Numbered from the stretch's first letter, positions 1 through 10,089 are shown. The stretch is DNA of 64,000 nucleotides from an uncultured archaeon (GCA_964407715.1 CAYOWP010000001.1:32001-96000); one strand, 5' to 3'. Made by a program: numbers and translations. The notes: generated by a model not told the origin, from the sequence alone.

Positions 1-487
1 GAACATCTAATCTGACGCTTTTATTCCAATTCCTTTCTAAGATTGAGTATATCCACATATCCAATTCCCTTATAAGGAAATCAATATCTTTTGAGGGATC
101 ATAATTTCCATAGCCTATAAATTCTCCTTCTTCATTTGTGGAACCTGAGGCGTCTATTACTAAGATGAGAGCATCAGCTTGACGCAAATTATCTAAGAAT
201 TTATTTCCTAAGCCTCTTCCTTCATGGGCTCCCGGAACTAGGCCTGGTACATCTATTATCTCTATTGGCACAAATCTATACTTTCCTTTAAGGAAACCAT
301 ATCGAGGATTAGAAGCAACACCAAATTCATATCCTGGATCCTCAACTCTTACATATCCAATTCCTTTATTTGCCTCTATAGTTGTAAAAGGATACTCTGC
401 TATAGCAACATCCACGAGTGTCATTGCCTTAAACAAACTGCTTTTTCCCACAGAAGGTTTCCCTACTAATCCTATAGTAATGCTCAT
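1..487 (-). CDS. ychF: Obg-family redox-regulated ATPase YchF (runs off window start)
   Basis: Manual translation from ATG at 487: MSITIGLVGKPSVGKSSLF...YPFTT...DVPGLVPGAHEGRGLGNKFLD; not in ORF track. Confidence 0.9.
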   Translation of the reverse strand, partial: MSITIGLVGKPSVGKSSLFKAMTLVDVAIAEYPFTTIEANKGIGYVRVEDPGYEFGVASNPRYGFLKGKYRFVPIEIIDVPGLVPGAHEGRGLGNKFLDNLRQADALILVIDASGSTNEEGEFIGYGNYDPSKDIDFLIRELDMWIYSILERNWNKSVRLDV

Positions 488-532
488 AAAAGTAAATTTT
501 ATATTGAATTAATTTTTTAAAAAGACACAAAA

Positions 533-814
533 TGGATAGGTTATGTTTTCCGTTAACCATTTTTAAAATAATTGGTTAACGGGAAGCATAACCTATCCAA
601 AGCATATTGCAGCAAGGTATCCTTTCAAAAAGGTTAGCTGCTTCAGTCTGCTGGATAAAAGGGTTATGTTTTCCGTTAACCAAATTTTTATTTTAATGAA
701 AAATGGTTAACGGGAGGAAATCGCTTTCTCAAGGCACATTAGAGCATGCTAACCCTCTACAAAAGGTTAGCTACTTCAATACGCCAAATGAAAGGGTTAT
801 ACTTCCCGTTAACC
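533..814. repeat. Palindromic repeat array: half unit 533-558, full units 574-681 and 705-814
   Basis: GGTTAACGGGA...TTCC(C)GTTAACC termini, inner (GC)TAACC/GGTTAGC, AT-rich linkers. Confidence 0.95.
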
Positions 815-875
815 GATTATTTTGCATAAATAAAAAATAGAAAAATTTTTTAATTTATGTGAGAAAGGAAGATTT

Positions 876-2192
876 ATGCCATTAAAGAGATCTTTGGGTT
901 TGTTTGAGGTTACTCTTTATGGTGTGGGAATGATTATAGGAGCTGGTATCTATGTTCTTATAGGTAAAGTTGCTGGATTGGCTGGTTATGGAATATGGCT
1001 AAGCTTTCTACTCTCCTCGTTCATCGCTATTTTTACAGGTTTAAGTTATGCTGAGCTATCTAGCATATTTAAAGAGGATGGAGCAGAGTATGTGTATGTT
1101 AGAGAGACAATACAAAAAGAATATCTGGCATATCTTGCAGGTTGGTTTGTGCTTTTTGGGAGTATTATATCAGCATCTGTTGTAGCATTGGGTTTTGCTG
1201 GATATATGAGTGGCATACTAAATATAAATTATATAACTCCCATAGCTATAGGGATGATTTTTCTATTAACATATATTAATTATCGCGGAATAAATCTCTC
1301 TGCAAAGGTAAATGATATCGCTACTTTTTTAGAAATAGGCGGTTTACTTTTTCTTATTATAGGTATCTCGGCTATAACACTAAAAGAAAACATTTCAATA
1401 CCAGACTTTACTTCCTTTCATATTGGAGGAGTTCTTAATGGTGTCATTTTAGCTTTCTTTGCTTATTTAGGTTTTGGAAGTATAGCAAAGATAAGCGAGG
1501 AAGTCAAAAATCCTGGAAAAACTGTGCCTCTTGCCATTATATTATCCATCTTAATAACCACTTTATTATATGTTTCTGTAGCCTTGATAAGTGTAATTGC
1601 TGTTCCTCCCGAGGAGTTAGCTAAATCGAATGAACCTGCTTCTTTAATAGCATCAAAAATTCATCCTTCATCAGCATTTCTACTCTCCATTATTGCTTTA
1701 TTTTCAACAGGAAATACTCTACTACTTATCTTAGTCTCGTCATCGCGTATGCTTTATGGATTATCAAAGTATGGTGTGTTTCCAAGATGCTTTACCAAGA
1801 TAAGTAAGAGCACCTCAACCCCATATTTGGCTGTTTTAATGGTTGGGCTAATCAGTGCTATATTGTCGCTATTTAAAAAGATTGAAATTGTAGCATCAGT
1901 AACCAATATATGGGTCTTCATAGCTTATATCTTTGTAAATCTTTCAGTAATATTTCTCAGAATAAAAGAAAGACCTTTTAAAGGATTCAGAGCACCTATG
2001 AACATTGGAAAATTTCCTGTGTTTGCGGTATTGGGGATTATCTCTTCATTAATAATGATTATATACCATTTTGCTTATACTCATACAAGCATTAAACATC
2101 CAGATGTATATCTAACAATTTTGCTTATTACAGCTGCAACAATATATTATCTCTATAAGAGGAAAACCGCGATTACACATTCCACTCATTGA
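876..2192 (+). CDS. APC family amino acid permease
   Basis: GMIIGAGIY, YAELSS, FFAYLGF..SEEVKNP motifs; about 12 TM segments. Confidence 0.9.
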   Translation: MPLKRSLGLFEVTLYGVGMIIGAGIYVLIGKVAGLAGYGIWLSFLLSSFIAIFTGLSYAELSSIFKEDGAEYVYVRETIQKEYLAYLAGWFVLFGSIISASVVALGFAGYMSGILNINYITPIAIGMIFLLTYINYRGINLSAKVNDIATFLEIGGLLFLIIGISAITLKENISIPDFTSFHIGGVLNGVILAFFAYLGFGSIAKISEEVKNPGKTVPLAIILSILITTLLYVSVALISVIAVPPEELAKSNEPASLIASKIHPSSAFLLSIIALFSTGNTLLLILVSSSRMLYGLSKYGVFPRCFTKISKSTSTPYLAVLMVGLISAILSLFKKIEIVASVTNIWVFIAYIFVNLSVIFLRIKERPFKGFRAPMNIGKFPVFAVLGIISSLIMIIYHFAYTHTSIKHPDVYLTILLITAATIYYLYKRKTAITHSTH

Positions 2193-2820
2193 AGAATCTT
2201 CTTAAGAACTCCTCCATAAATCTATACCTTTCCTGAGCCATCTCTTTTGCAGTAGGTGTGTTCATCAAATCCTTGAGTTTTAATAGTTTCTCATAGAAAT
2301 GATTGATACTTGTGGATTTGGCTTTCTTGTATTCCTCAAATGATTTGAATTCCTTTGGATGTATATCAGGATCATATATTGCTCTACCTAATTTACCTCC
2401 TGTAGCAAAGCATCTTGCTATGCCTATTGCACCCATTGCATCTAATCTATCTGCATCTTGAACTATTTTTCCTTCCTTTGAGGATGGAACACTTTTACCA
2501 GTGCCTCTAAATGAGATGTCCTTTATGATCTCAAGAACCTTTTGTGTTGTTTCCTTATCAACGCCAAATTTTTTTAGTATCTTGCGTGCATTTTTCAACT
2601 CTTTGCTTTTTTCATTTAATTTCCAATCATCTAAGTCATGCAAAAGAGCTGCCAATTGCAGAACTCTTAAGTTTACATTTCCTTCTTTTTCAGCAATCTT
2701 CAAGGATAGTTTCCATACCCTATAGATATGCCACCAATCATGACCGCTACTTTCATTATAGGTTATTTTCTTTATGTGTTCAGCTATCTCATTGATAAGA
2801 GAATCGTTGCTGAGCTTCAT
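2173..2820 (-). CDS. HD-domain phosphohydrolase (YedJ-like)
   Basis: GHDWWHI..LLHD..QDADRLDAMGAIGIARCF..HFYEKLL; probable start MKLSND at 2820. Confidence 0.85.
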   Translation of the reverse strand: MKLSNDSLINEIAEHIKKITYNESSGHDWWHIYRVWKLSLKIAEKEGNVNLRVLQLAALLHDLDDWKLNEKSKELKNARKILKKFGVDKETTQKVLEIIKDISFRGTGKSVPSSKEGKIVQDADRLDAMGAIGIARCFATGGKLGRAIYDPDIHPKEFKSFEEYKKAKSTSINHFYEKLLKLKDLMNTPTAKEMAQERYRFMEEFLRRFFNEWNV

Positions 2821-2921
2821 AAAAACAAAAATAAGAGAGGATAAATTTAAAAACTTTACTAAATTATATCTACTTATAGGTGGTTGCAGTGGAGAATAAA
2901 GAGAGATTATCAAGAGCATTA

Positions 2922-3119
2922 ATGTTTGAATTTGAGAAGATAGATTCAAATGAAGGAATAGTAAAGGAACTTATGATAGTTGAGAATCCGTTAGCGGGAA
3001 GTTTTAAGGTAAGTAATGGAGAGATTACAGCATACATTTATATGCACAATAAAACTGTAGAGGTCTTTGTGATAGACGAGAATGGAAACATAAAGAATAA
3101 AGAAATTTCCTTAGAGTAA
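2922..3119 (+). CDS. small hypothetical protein
   Basis: ORF in intergenic gap with protein-like composition (MFEFEKIDS...). Confidence 0.5.
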   Translation: MFEFEKIDSNEGIVKELMIVENPLAGSFKVSNGEITAYIYMHNKTVEVFVIDENGNIKNKEISLE

Positions 3120-3125
3120 AAAGAT

Positions 3126-3329
3126 TCAACCTCTTGATGCTATTCTAAAAATTTTTATTTCATCCTCATCATTTATTAAATCTTCATCAGTTACTATCTT
3201 ATTATTTCTTTTCACTATCACTTCTTCAGGATTAATGCCGAGGTTTAAAAGTAGTTCTTTGAGTTTTATTTTCTTTTCTATCTTTATTTTATCAATGCCT
3301 TTTTTATAATTATAGGATATCTTTACCAT
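3126..3329 (-). CDS. ThiS/MoaD-family ubiquitin-like sulfur carrier (SAMP-like)
   Basis: LLLNLGINPEEVIVKRNNKIV..D.I.I.. beta-grasp pattern; ends ASRG. Confidence 0.75.
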   Translation of the reverse strand: MVKISYNYKKGIDKIKIEKKIKLKELLLNLGINPEEVIVKRNNKIVTDEDLINDEDEIKIFRIASRG

Positions 3330-3373
3330 GACTTTATTTAACAAACTTAAGATTTTAAATATGTTGACCTTAT

Positions 3374-3495
3374 AGTATTGAGCAGCAAACTTTGTTAACG
3401 GGAAGCATAGCTTTATACAAAGGGTTAACTGCTCTCATACACTTCTTTGAGAGGTTATGTTTCCGCTTAACAATAAAGAATTATTGGACAATGCC
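3374..3495. mobile_element. MITE-like element containing a short palindrome core; 9-bp TSD TGACCTTAT
   Basis: Right end ATTATTGGACAATGCC, degenerate left end AGTATTG; TGACCTTAT at 3365-3373 and 3496-3504. Confidence 0.8.
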
Positions 3496-3528
3496 TGACC
3501 TTATATAACTGCAGAAACTTATTTAAAT

Positions 3529-4788
3529 ATGGTATATTTTATTCCTTATATGCATACAAAAACTAAGGAAGATCTAAAGGAAATTGATTTACCTGTGATG
3601 AATATAGGCATAGTAGGGCATGTGGATCATGGAAAAACAACTCTTACACAGATGCTTACAGGAAAGTTCACTGATGAACATAGCGAGGAGTTAAAGAGAG
3701 GGATATCAATAAGATTAGGATATGCTGATTTAAAAATAAAAAGATGTCCAAAATGCGGGACATATACTACATTGGATATATGCTTCAATGATAACACTCC
3801 AACACAACTATTGAGAACATATTCTATAATTGATGTACCTGGACACGAGACATTGATAGCTACAGTATTAACAGGAACAGCCCTGATAGATGCTGCTATC
3901 TTAGTAATAGCAGCAAATGAGCCATGTCCTCAACCACAAACAGAAGAGCATTTAACAGCATTAGAAATTGCTGGCATTGACAAAATAATCATTGTACAAA
4001 ATAAAATAGATTTAGTAACAAAGCAACAAGCAATTGAACATTACAAACAGATAAAGGAATTTATAAAAGGCACAATTGCAGAGAATGCTCCTATTATTCC
4101 TGTATCAGCTCATCACAATACCAACTTAGAAGTCCTTTTGGAGTACATTTATAATCTCTTTGTTCCTCCAAAGAGAGATGAAACCTTATCACCAATAATG
4201 TATGTTGCGAGGAGCTTTGATGTCAATAAACCCGGAACAAGAATAAAGGATTTGGTTGGAGGTGTATTAGGTGGTGCTATAAGGCAGGGAATATTTAAGA
4301 TTGGTGATGAAATAAAGATACTTCCCGGTATAAAGAAAGGAGAAAGGTTTATGCCTGTATATACAAAGATAGAGAATATGATGCAGTCTAATAGGAAAAT
4401 AAAAATAGCGAGACCAGGCGGCTTGATAGCTATTTCCACTCTTTTGGATCCTTATTTTACAAAGGGAGATAGTATGGTTGGAAATATAGTGGTCAAGAAA
4501 GATAATGAGGAAGTAGAGGTATATGAGGTGTTACGAGTTAAATATACTCTTATTGAAAGAATTATAGAAAATGAAAGAAAGAAAATTGTTGAGGATATCA
4601 ATGTAAATGATGTGATTTTAATAAACATAGGAACAGCAAGAACCATTGGGATATGCACAAAAAAAGAAAGGGACGTTATTGAATTAAAACTGAAATTGCC
4701 TATTGCAGCTTTTAAGGGAGATAGATGCGTATTATCAATGCAAGTAGATGGTAGGTGGAGATTAATAGGCTATGGAGAGGTGGTGTAG
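3529..4788 (+). CDS. eif2g: translation initiation factor 2 subunit gamma
   Basis: GHVDHGKTT, RGISIRLGY, DVPGHE, QNKID, C-terminal RWRLIGYG. Confidence 0.97.
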   Translation: MVYFIPYMHTKTKEDLKEIDLPVMNIGIVGHVDHGKTTLTQMLTGKFTDEHSEELKRGISIRLGYADLKIKRCPKCGTYTTLDICFNDNTPTQLLRTYSIIDVPGHETLIATVLTGTALIDAAILVIAANEPCPQPQTEEHLTALEIAGIDKIIIVQNKIDLVTKQQAIEHYKQIKEFIKGTIAENAPIIPVSAHHNTNLEVLLEYIYNLFVPPKRDETLSPIMYVARSFDVNKPGTRIKDLVGGVLGGAIRQGIFKIGDEIKILPGIKKGERFMPVYTKIENMMQSNRKIKIARPGGLIAISTLLDPYFTKGDSMVGNIVVKKDNEEVEVYEVLRVKYTLIERIIENERKKIVEDINVNDVILINIGTARTIGICTKKERDVIELKLKLPIAAFKGDRCVLSMQVDGRWRLIGYGEVV

Positions 4789-4789
4789 A

Positions 4790-5134
4790 ATGGCAGAGAA
4801 GCAATTTGATAAATTAAAGAATCATTATTGTGAATCTTTTATTAAGGATATTGATGATACATTCCTTAGATGCAGGATATTGGGAAAAATTATAGAGATT
4901 AAAGATGTCTCTCTTATTATTGATGATGGTACAGGTATTATTGAGGTTATATTTAATGAGGACATAACCAAGAATCGAACATCTTTTGAGGTTGGTAAAG
5001 ATGTGTTAATTTTTGGTAAGGTGATAAATATAGATAATCAATATAAGATATTTGCTGATATAATAAGGGATGTTGATGATTTGAGTTTAAAGCATTATCG
5101 TAAGATTGTTAAGATATGGAAAGACTTTGTTTAA
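4790..5134 (+). CDS. OB-fold nucleic-acid-binding protein (RPA2-like)
   Basis: IIDDGTG.IEV..GKDVLIFGKV OB-fold pattern. Confidence 0.7.
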   Translation: MAEKQFDKLKNHYCESFIKDIDDTFLRCRILGKIIEIKDVSLIIDDGTGIIEVIFNEDITKNRTSFEVGKDVLIFGKVINIDNQYKIFADIIRDVDDLSLKHYRKIVKIWKDFV

Positions 5135-5165
5135 AATATTAGAAGTGTTTTCTTGGTGTTAGGCT

Positions 5166-5702
5166 ATGAGGATTGCAGTATGTGGATTATCATCTTCAGG
5201 GAAATCTACATTGGCAAAAAGAATAGCAAAAGAATTTAACCTTGAGCTGTATTCCTCTGGTGAAATTTTTAGGGAAATTGCTAAACAGAGAGGCTTGAGG
5301 TTGGAGGAATTGAGCAAAGCAACCGAGAAGGAAATAGATATAGAAATAGATGAAAAAACAAAAAGAATATGCAAAGAAAAAGATAATTTTGTTATTGAAG
5401 GAAGATTACCATGTTTTTTTTGTAAAGATTCCTTTAAGATATATTTACATGCTCCTTTGAATGTAAGAGTTAGAAGATGTGCCTTAAGGGATGGAATATT
5501 GTATGAAGATGCCTTAAAATTGGTTGAGGAGAGAGATATGAATGATTTGAGAAGATATAAGATTCTGTACGGAATAGATGACTATGACAAAACAATGAAG
5601 GAAATTGCTGATTTGGTTATAGATACTGAGCGCTATTCCATAGAGGAGATGTGCTCTTTAGCGTTTGAAGCTATAAGAGAGCATATCTCATTTAATCCTT
5701 AA
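5166..5702 (+). CDS. cmk: cytidylate kinase (archaeal type)
   Basis: GLSSSGKST P-loop, SSGEIFR, EGRL, RYKILYGID. Confidence 0.9.
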   Translation: MRIAVCGLSSSGKSTLAKRIAKEFNLELYSSGEIFREIAKQRGLRLEELSKATEKEIDIEIDEKTKRICKEKDNFVIEGRLPCFFCKDSFKIYLHAPLNVRVRRCALRDGILYEDALKLVEERDMNDLRRYKILYGIDDYDKTMKEIADLVIDTERYSIEEMCSLAFEAIREHISFNP

Positions 5703-6243
5703 TTGGCTTAACATGTCTTAATGTAGTGATATACCATATCATTATTACTATGAAGGAATTAAGAATTGCTAAAAGGATGTGGTCGTATATTCTATAAAAT
5801 TGTGCATTTGTCATCATTACCAATATTAAAGCAAGAGAAATTCTGCAGATGTTTATGAATAAAGCAAGAAAGGGAGAGATAGCAAGCAAGACAATTTTTC
5901 TTTTGATGGAGACATTTGGAGTGGCTAATATTAAAGCAAAGAGAAATGCAAATGTTTTGAAACCTATGCATTCCTTTGTAATTGAGATGTATAACCCTTG
6001 GTCGTGCATTTGTAATGTGTTACCTAATCTTTCCAAATTGAATATATACGATAGTATAAGAGCTTCATATATCTGGAAATTATAAAAGTCATGCTTATAA
6101 TAAATCCAAAACATAAAAGAAAGCGAAGAAAACAGGATTATTGAGAATTTAAATAATGCAAGTAGCTTTTTATTTCTTATGTTGTTAACCTGCAATCCCC
6201 TCTTCGCTTTTCTTTTCATCTTTAACTCCTTCTTGCGTTTCAT
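5692..6243 (-). CDS. exosortase/archaeosortase family membrane protein
   Basis: ECIGF (Cys), NICRI (Arg), DH motif within TM helices. Confidence 0.75.
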   Translation of the reverse strand: MKRKKELKMKRKAKRGLQVNNIRNKKLLALFKFSIILFSSLSFMFWIYYKHDFYNFQIYEALILSYIFNLERLGNTLQMHDQGLYISITKECIGFKTFAFLFALILATPNVSIKRKIVLLAISPFLALFINICRISLALILVMMTNAQFYRIYDHILLAILNSFIVIMIWYITTLRHVKPIKD

Positions 6244-6363
6244 TTACTAAAGACTCTATATCAAGTTTCTCTTCTTTTTTGCTTTTTTTCTTTACTATCA
6301 CCATAAAATCCCCTATTATCTTATATGTTTGTGGTTATATATATAATTTAAAGTAAAAATTTT

Positions 6364-6861
6364 GGTTAACAGGAAAAATCCATTTTACAACCACATTGCA
6401 GCGTGATAACCTTTTTATTTTTGGTTATCTGCTTTGCAATGAGCTTTTTAGCAGATCCTGTTTCCTGTTAACCATTTTTGTTTTGGTTAACGGGAAACAT
6501 ACCTTATCGAGAAACCACATTACAGCATCTAACCATTCTAAAGAGGTTAGCATGCTGTAATTTGGCTTTGAAAAGCGATCTCTTCCCGTTAACCATTTTT
6601 GTTTTGGTTAACAGGAAACATACCTTATCGAGAAACCACATTACAGCAGCTAACCCTTTAAAGCGGTTAGCATGCTGTAATGTGCCTCGGAAAAGTGATT
6701 CTCTCCCGTTAACCAATTTTTATTATTTTTTAAATTGGTTAACTGGAAACATACCTTTTTCATTTGAGGTATTAGAGCAGCTAACCTTTCACTTGGGTTA
6801 GCATGCCGCAAGAGCTTTATGATAGCGATTTCTTCCCGTTAACCATTTATCTGCGTTAACC
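6364..6861. repeat. Palindromic repeat array: units 6364-6473, 6485-6594, 6606-6714, 6737-6844
   Basis: Four 108-110 bp nested palindromes, linkers of 11-22 bp. Confidence 0.95.
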
Positions 6862-6946
6862 ATTATCTTTAAAATAAATCAAGAGATTGTTTCAGAGAAG
6901 CAGAGATATTGTGGTATCAAAGAAATTTGTGTAAATATGAAGAGAA

Positions 6947-7891
6947 TCAATACTGTATTTCGCCTTCTTTATGGAGCCTATCAAGAACATTGAACATCAT
7001 CAATGGAAAGAGGATTGTGGCATCTCCTCTAATTGTAATGCTGTCTGCATCACTGCTTATTTTACCCCAGCTCTTACCTTCATTTGTTGTGGCTCCGCTT
7101 AAACTTCCAGAGTACTCGCTTGAAGTTGTGATATATACAGCATAATCAGTTCCGCCATTTATTAATGTAGCAAGAAGAGCATAGTGCTTGCTTACTCCTC
7201 CACCTAATGCAATTAGTCCTTTTTTGTCATCATAAGTTAAATAAGAAATCATCCTACCAAAATCATCTATCACATCCACAATAAAATCTTTATGATCCTG
7301 CTTTAACATAAAAAGGTGAAAGCCAATAGCACCATCTGCAATTGCTGGACAGAAAATGGGCACTTTCTTAAGATATGCCTGCCTAAGTATGCTATTCTTA
7401 TCATTTAATCTTTTTCCTATTTCCCATAATAAATCGCAAGTTGCCATATGTTTTCTTTCTTTATAAATTTCCTCTAAAACCCTATGCATGAACCCTTCAA
7501 GTTTCATATAGGAATCTGTAGTAATATAAAGGTTTCCTATTCTATTATATCCCTTTTCATAAAGATCAATATCATCAGCCTCGAAACGCGTAATATAAAA
7601 TCTTTCACCTATTGCTTTCATAATATCTTCTTCTATGCTTCCTGCTGTGGTAACAACCATATCAACAAAACCTAGGGAAATAAGTTGTGCAAAGAAACCT
7701 CTCAAACCTGTGGTAACAAGGTTAGATGGAAAAGACAAGATTATCTTAGCATTTTCTTTTTTCATTTTATACACTATATCAGCGCCCTTTCCAAGATGTA
7801 TGCTTTGAAATCCTACATTTTTGAGAGATTCAACAAGAGATGATGCTGAGGAATTAGGAGACCAAAGAACATCTTTAACATAATCAGACAT
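6947..7891 (-). CDS. dys: deoxyhypusine synthase
   Basis: NRIGNL, CPAIADG, GGGVSKH, GSLSGA..EGKSWGKI. Confidence 0.95.
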   Translation of the reverse strand: MSDYVKDVLWSPNSSASSLVESLKNVGFQSIHLGKGADIVYKMKKENAKIILSFPSNLVTTGLRGFFAQLISLGFVDMVVTTAGSIEEDIMKAIGERFYITRFEADDIDLYEKGYNRIGNLYITTDSYMKLEGFMHRVLEEIYKERKHMATCDLLWEIGKRLNDKNSILRQAYLKKVPIFCPAIADGAIGFHLFMLKQDHKDFIVDVIDDFGRMISYLTYDDKKGLIALGGGVSKHYALLATLINGGTDYAVYITTSSEYSGSLSGATTNEGKSWGKISSDADSITIRGDATILFPLMMFNVLDRLHKEGEIQY

Positions 7892-7951
7892 AAAAATAAT
7901 AAATAGGAAAAAATTTAAAATAGTTGATATAAGTATAATTTAATTTAAAAG

Positions 7952-9139
7952 GTGCTTAAAATGATGCGACATTATCAGGATAAAAAGAAAATTGCTTTTC
8001 ATTTTGTTCTTCTTATGGGTATTGTTAGCCTCTTTGGAGATATAACATATGAAGGAGCAAGAAGCATCATAGGCCCTTATCTGGCTATATTAGGTGCAAG
8101 CGCTACTGTAGTAGGTTTGGCATCAGGTTTAGGGGAATTTGTTGGATATGGATTACGATTAATTTCTGGTTATATTGCAGACAAAACTAAAATGTATTGG
8201 CTATTCACCGTTATAGGTTATGGATTAATTCTCTCGATACCTTTATTAGCCTTTGCTGGTCATTGGGAGATTGCTGTTCTCCTTATTATCTTAGAACGAA
8301 TGGGAAAAGCCATAAGAACACCTGCCAGAGATGCTATCTTATCACATGTAACAACGCAAATAGGAAGAGGCTTAGGCTTTGGCATTCACGAGGCTTTAGA
8401 TCAAGTTGGTGCTTTCATTGGTCCGCTGGTTTTTTCTGTGCTACTTATGTTGGGTGGTGAATACAGGTATGGATTTATTGCCCTGTTGATACCTGCTATT
8501 TTGACATTGATTTTTCTTATGATAGCAAAAAGTAAAGTACCTTTGCCAGAGAAATTTGAAAGAACTCATAGTACAAAGACCAATAAACTTCCAAAGGTTT
8601 TTTGGTTCTACATGTTGTTCACTATTCTAAGTGTCATAGGATTTGCTAACTTTCCATTGATTTCATATCATCTTAAGGTTCAATCAATTCTTTCAGATTT
8701 CCAGATTCCCATACTCTATGCGATTGCAATGGGCGTAGATGCTTTAATCGCGGTTTTTATAGGCAGGATATACGATAAGATAGGATTGGCATCTTTGATA
8801 ACAATACCTCTATTATCTCTTTTTATTCCTTTCTTTGCTTTTTCTCATAGCTTGACCTTTGCAGTTATAGGAATGATATTATGGGGATCAGCAATGGGCA
8901 TCCAAGAAACAATAATGCGAGCAGCCATCGGAGATATAACGCCAATTGCACATAGAGGGTTTGCATACGGTATATTTAACGCGGCATATGGAGCATCTTT
9001 ATTTGTTGGGAGCACAATTATGGGGTTGCTATATGATGTCTCTATAAAGTATATTATTGTTTTTGTAATTTTTATGGAAATGCTCTCCATATTTGTGTTC
9101 CTCTCACTTAAATGGCAATATAACAAGAGAGCATTTTAA
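7952..9139 (+). CDS. MFS transporter
   Basis: Hydrophobic 12-TM protein; ERMGKAIRTPARDA motif. Confidence 0.9.
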   Translation: MLKMMRHYQDKKKIAFHFVLLMGIVSLFGDITYEGARSIIGPYLAILGASATVVGLASGLGEFVGYGLRLISGYIADKTKMYWLFTVIGYGLILSIPLLAFAGHWEIAVLLIILERMGKAIRTPARDAILSHVTTQIGRGLGFGIHEALDQVGAFIGPLVFSVLLMLGGEYRYGFIALLIPAILTLIFLMIAKSKVPLPEKFERTHSTKTNKLPKVFWFYMLFTILSVIGFANFPLISYHLKVQSILSDFQIPILYAIAMGVDALIAVFIGRIYDKIGLASLITIPLLSLFIPFFAFSHSLTFAVIGMILWGSAMGIQETIMRAAIGDITPIAHRGFAYGIFNAAYGASLFVGSTIMGLLYDVSIKYIIVFVIFMEMLSIFVFLSLKWQYNKRAF

Positions 9140-10089
9140 AGTTTTCTTTTTAAAATAACCTGAGTATCTCCCCAACTATAAGCATTAGCAATGAACCCAT
9201 ACTTTTGAAAACCTAATCCTCTATAAAATCTCAGTGCTCTCTCATTTTTGCTTGATGTTTTTGCAACTACAAAATCCTTATTTTTCTTTTTTGCAAGATA
9301 TAAAGCATGCTCAACCATGGCACTTCCAATACCTCTATTCTGATAATCCCTATGTACAGCTAACCATTCAATCTCGATCTCATGTGCTCTTTCAATCAAA
9401 CTCATAAAACCAACTTCTTTTCCTTCATAATAAGCAAAATACATCTCTCCTTTCAATGCTTCTATCTCCTGTTTTGATGGATTATAAAATTTAAAATTTA
9501 TAGAACCACAGTTCTTATGTATTTCAAATGCCTTATTCACATCTCGAGACCTTTTTATTTCTATCTTAGCATGCTTTTTTCTTTTAACTCTCTTAAAATC
9601 AAACACATATTCCATTTTAAGGTTATTTCTCCATCTATTGGAGTATTTTATTTCTCTCTCCTCAAATGCCGAGTATTCAAATCCTACACTTTCATAGCAT
9701 CTTCTAGCCCTAATATTTTCCTCATCTACATCCAAGCATACTTTATAAAATCCTTTTTCTTTTGCTATGTTTATAAGTTTTCTAACAATCTCTTTGCATA
9801 ATCCCTTACCCCAAAATTTCTTTCTTATCCATAATCCTATTTCTGCATATCTTTCCTTAAATCTTATTTCTCCTATGCCTGCAGGTTCACCATTGTAAAG
9901 GATTATTATATTTTTAGATGTCTTCTCCCTCAACTTTTTTCTGATCCATTCTTTTTCATCTTCTATACTGAACTTTTTATTACACAATTTAGCAAAATTC
10001 AAAAGGTGTTCTCTTATTTCTCTATCATTTATCTCTATCAACCACTCCGCATCTTTTACATGTAAATCGCGAAATGATATCTTTTTCAT
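9136..10089 (-). CDS. tandem GNAT acetyltransferase
   Basis: Two acetyl-CoA motifs (FWGKGL, YQNRGIG) and two N..A..Y...GF motifs. Confidence 0.85.
   Translation of the reverse strand: MKKISFRDLHVKDAEWLIEINDREIREHLLNFAKLCNKKFSIEDEKEWIRKKLREKTSKNIIILYNGEPAGIGEIRFKERYAEIGLWIRKKFWGKGLCKEIVRKLINIAKEKGFYKVCLDVDEENIRARRCYESVGFEYSAFEEREIKYSNRWRNNLKMEYVFDFKRVKRKKHAKIEIKRSRDVNKAFEIHKNCGSINFKFYNPSKQEIEALKGEMYFAYYEGKEVGFMSLIERAHEIEIEWLAVHRDYQNRGIGSAMVEHALYLAKKKNKDFVVAKTSSKNERALRFYRGLGFQKYGFIANAYSWGDTQVILKRKL

Noticed and set aside
6478-6801. ORFs within repeat arrays (6478-6801, 6504-6716, 50850-51038, 15953-16141)
   Set aside because: Open frames generated by the repeats, with no protein-like features.
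6364-6861. CRISPR array interpretation of the repeat arrays
   Set aside because: Units are ~109-bp self-complementary elements with homologous variable parts, not identical direct repeats with unique spacers; no cas genes in the window.
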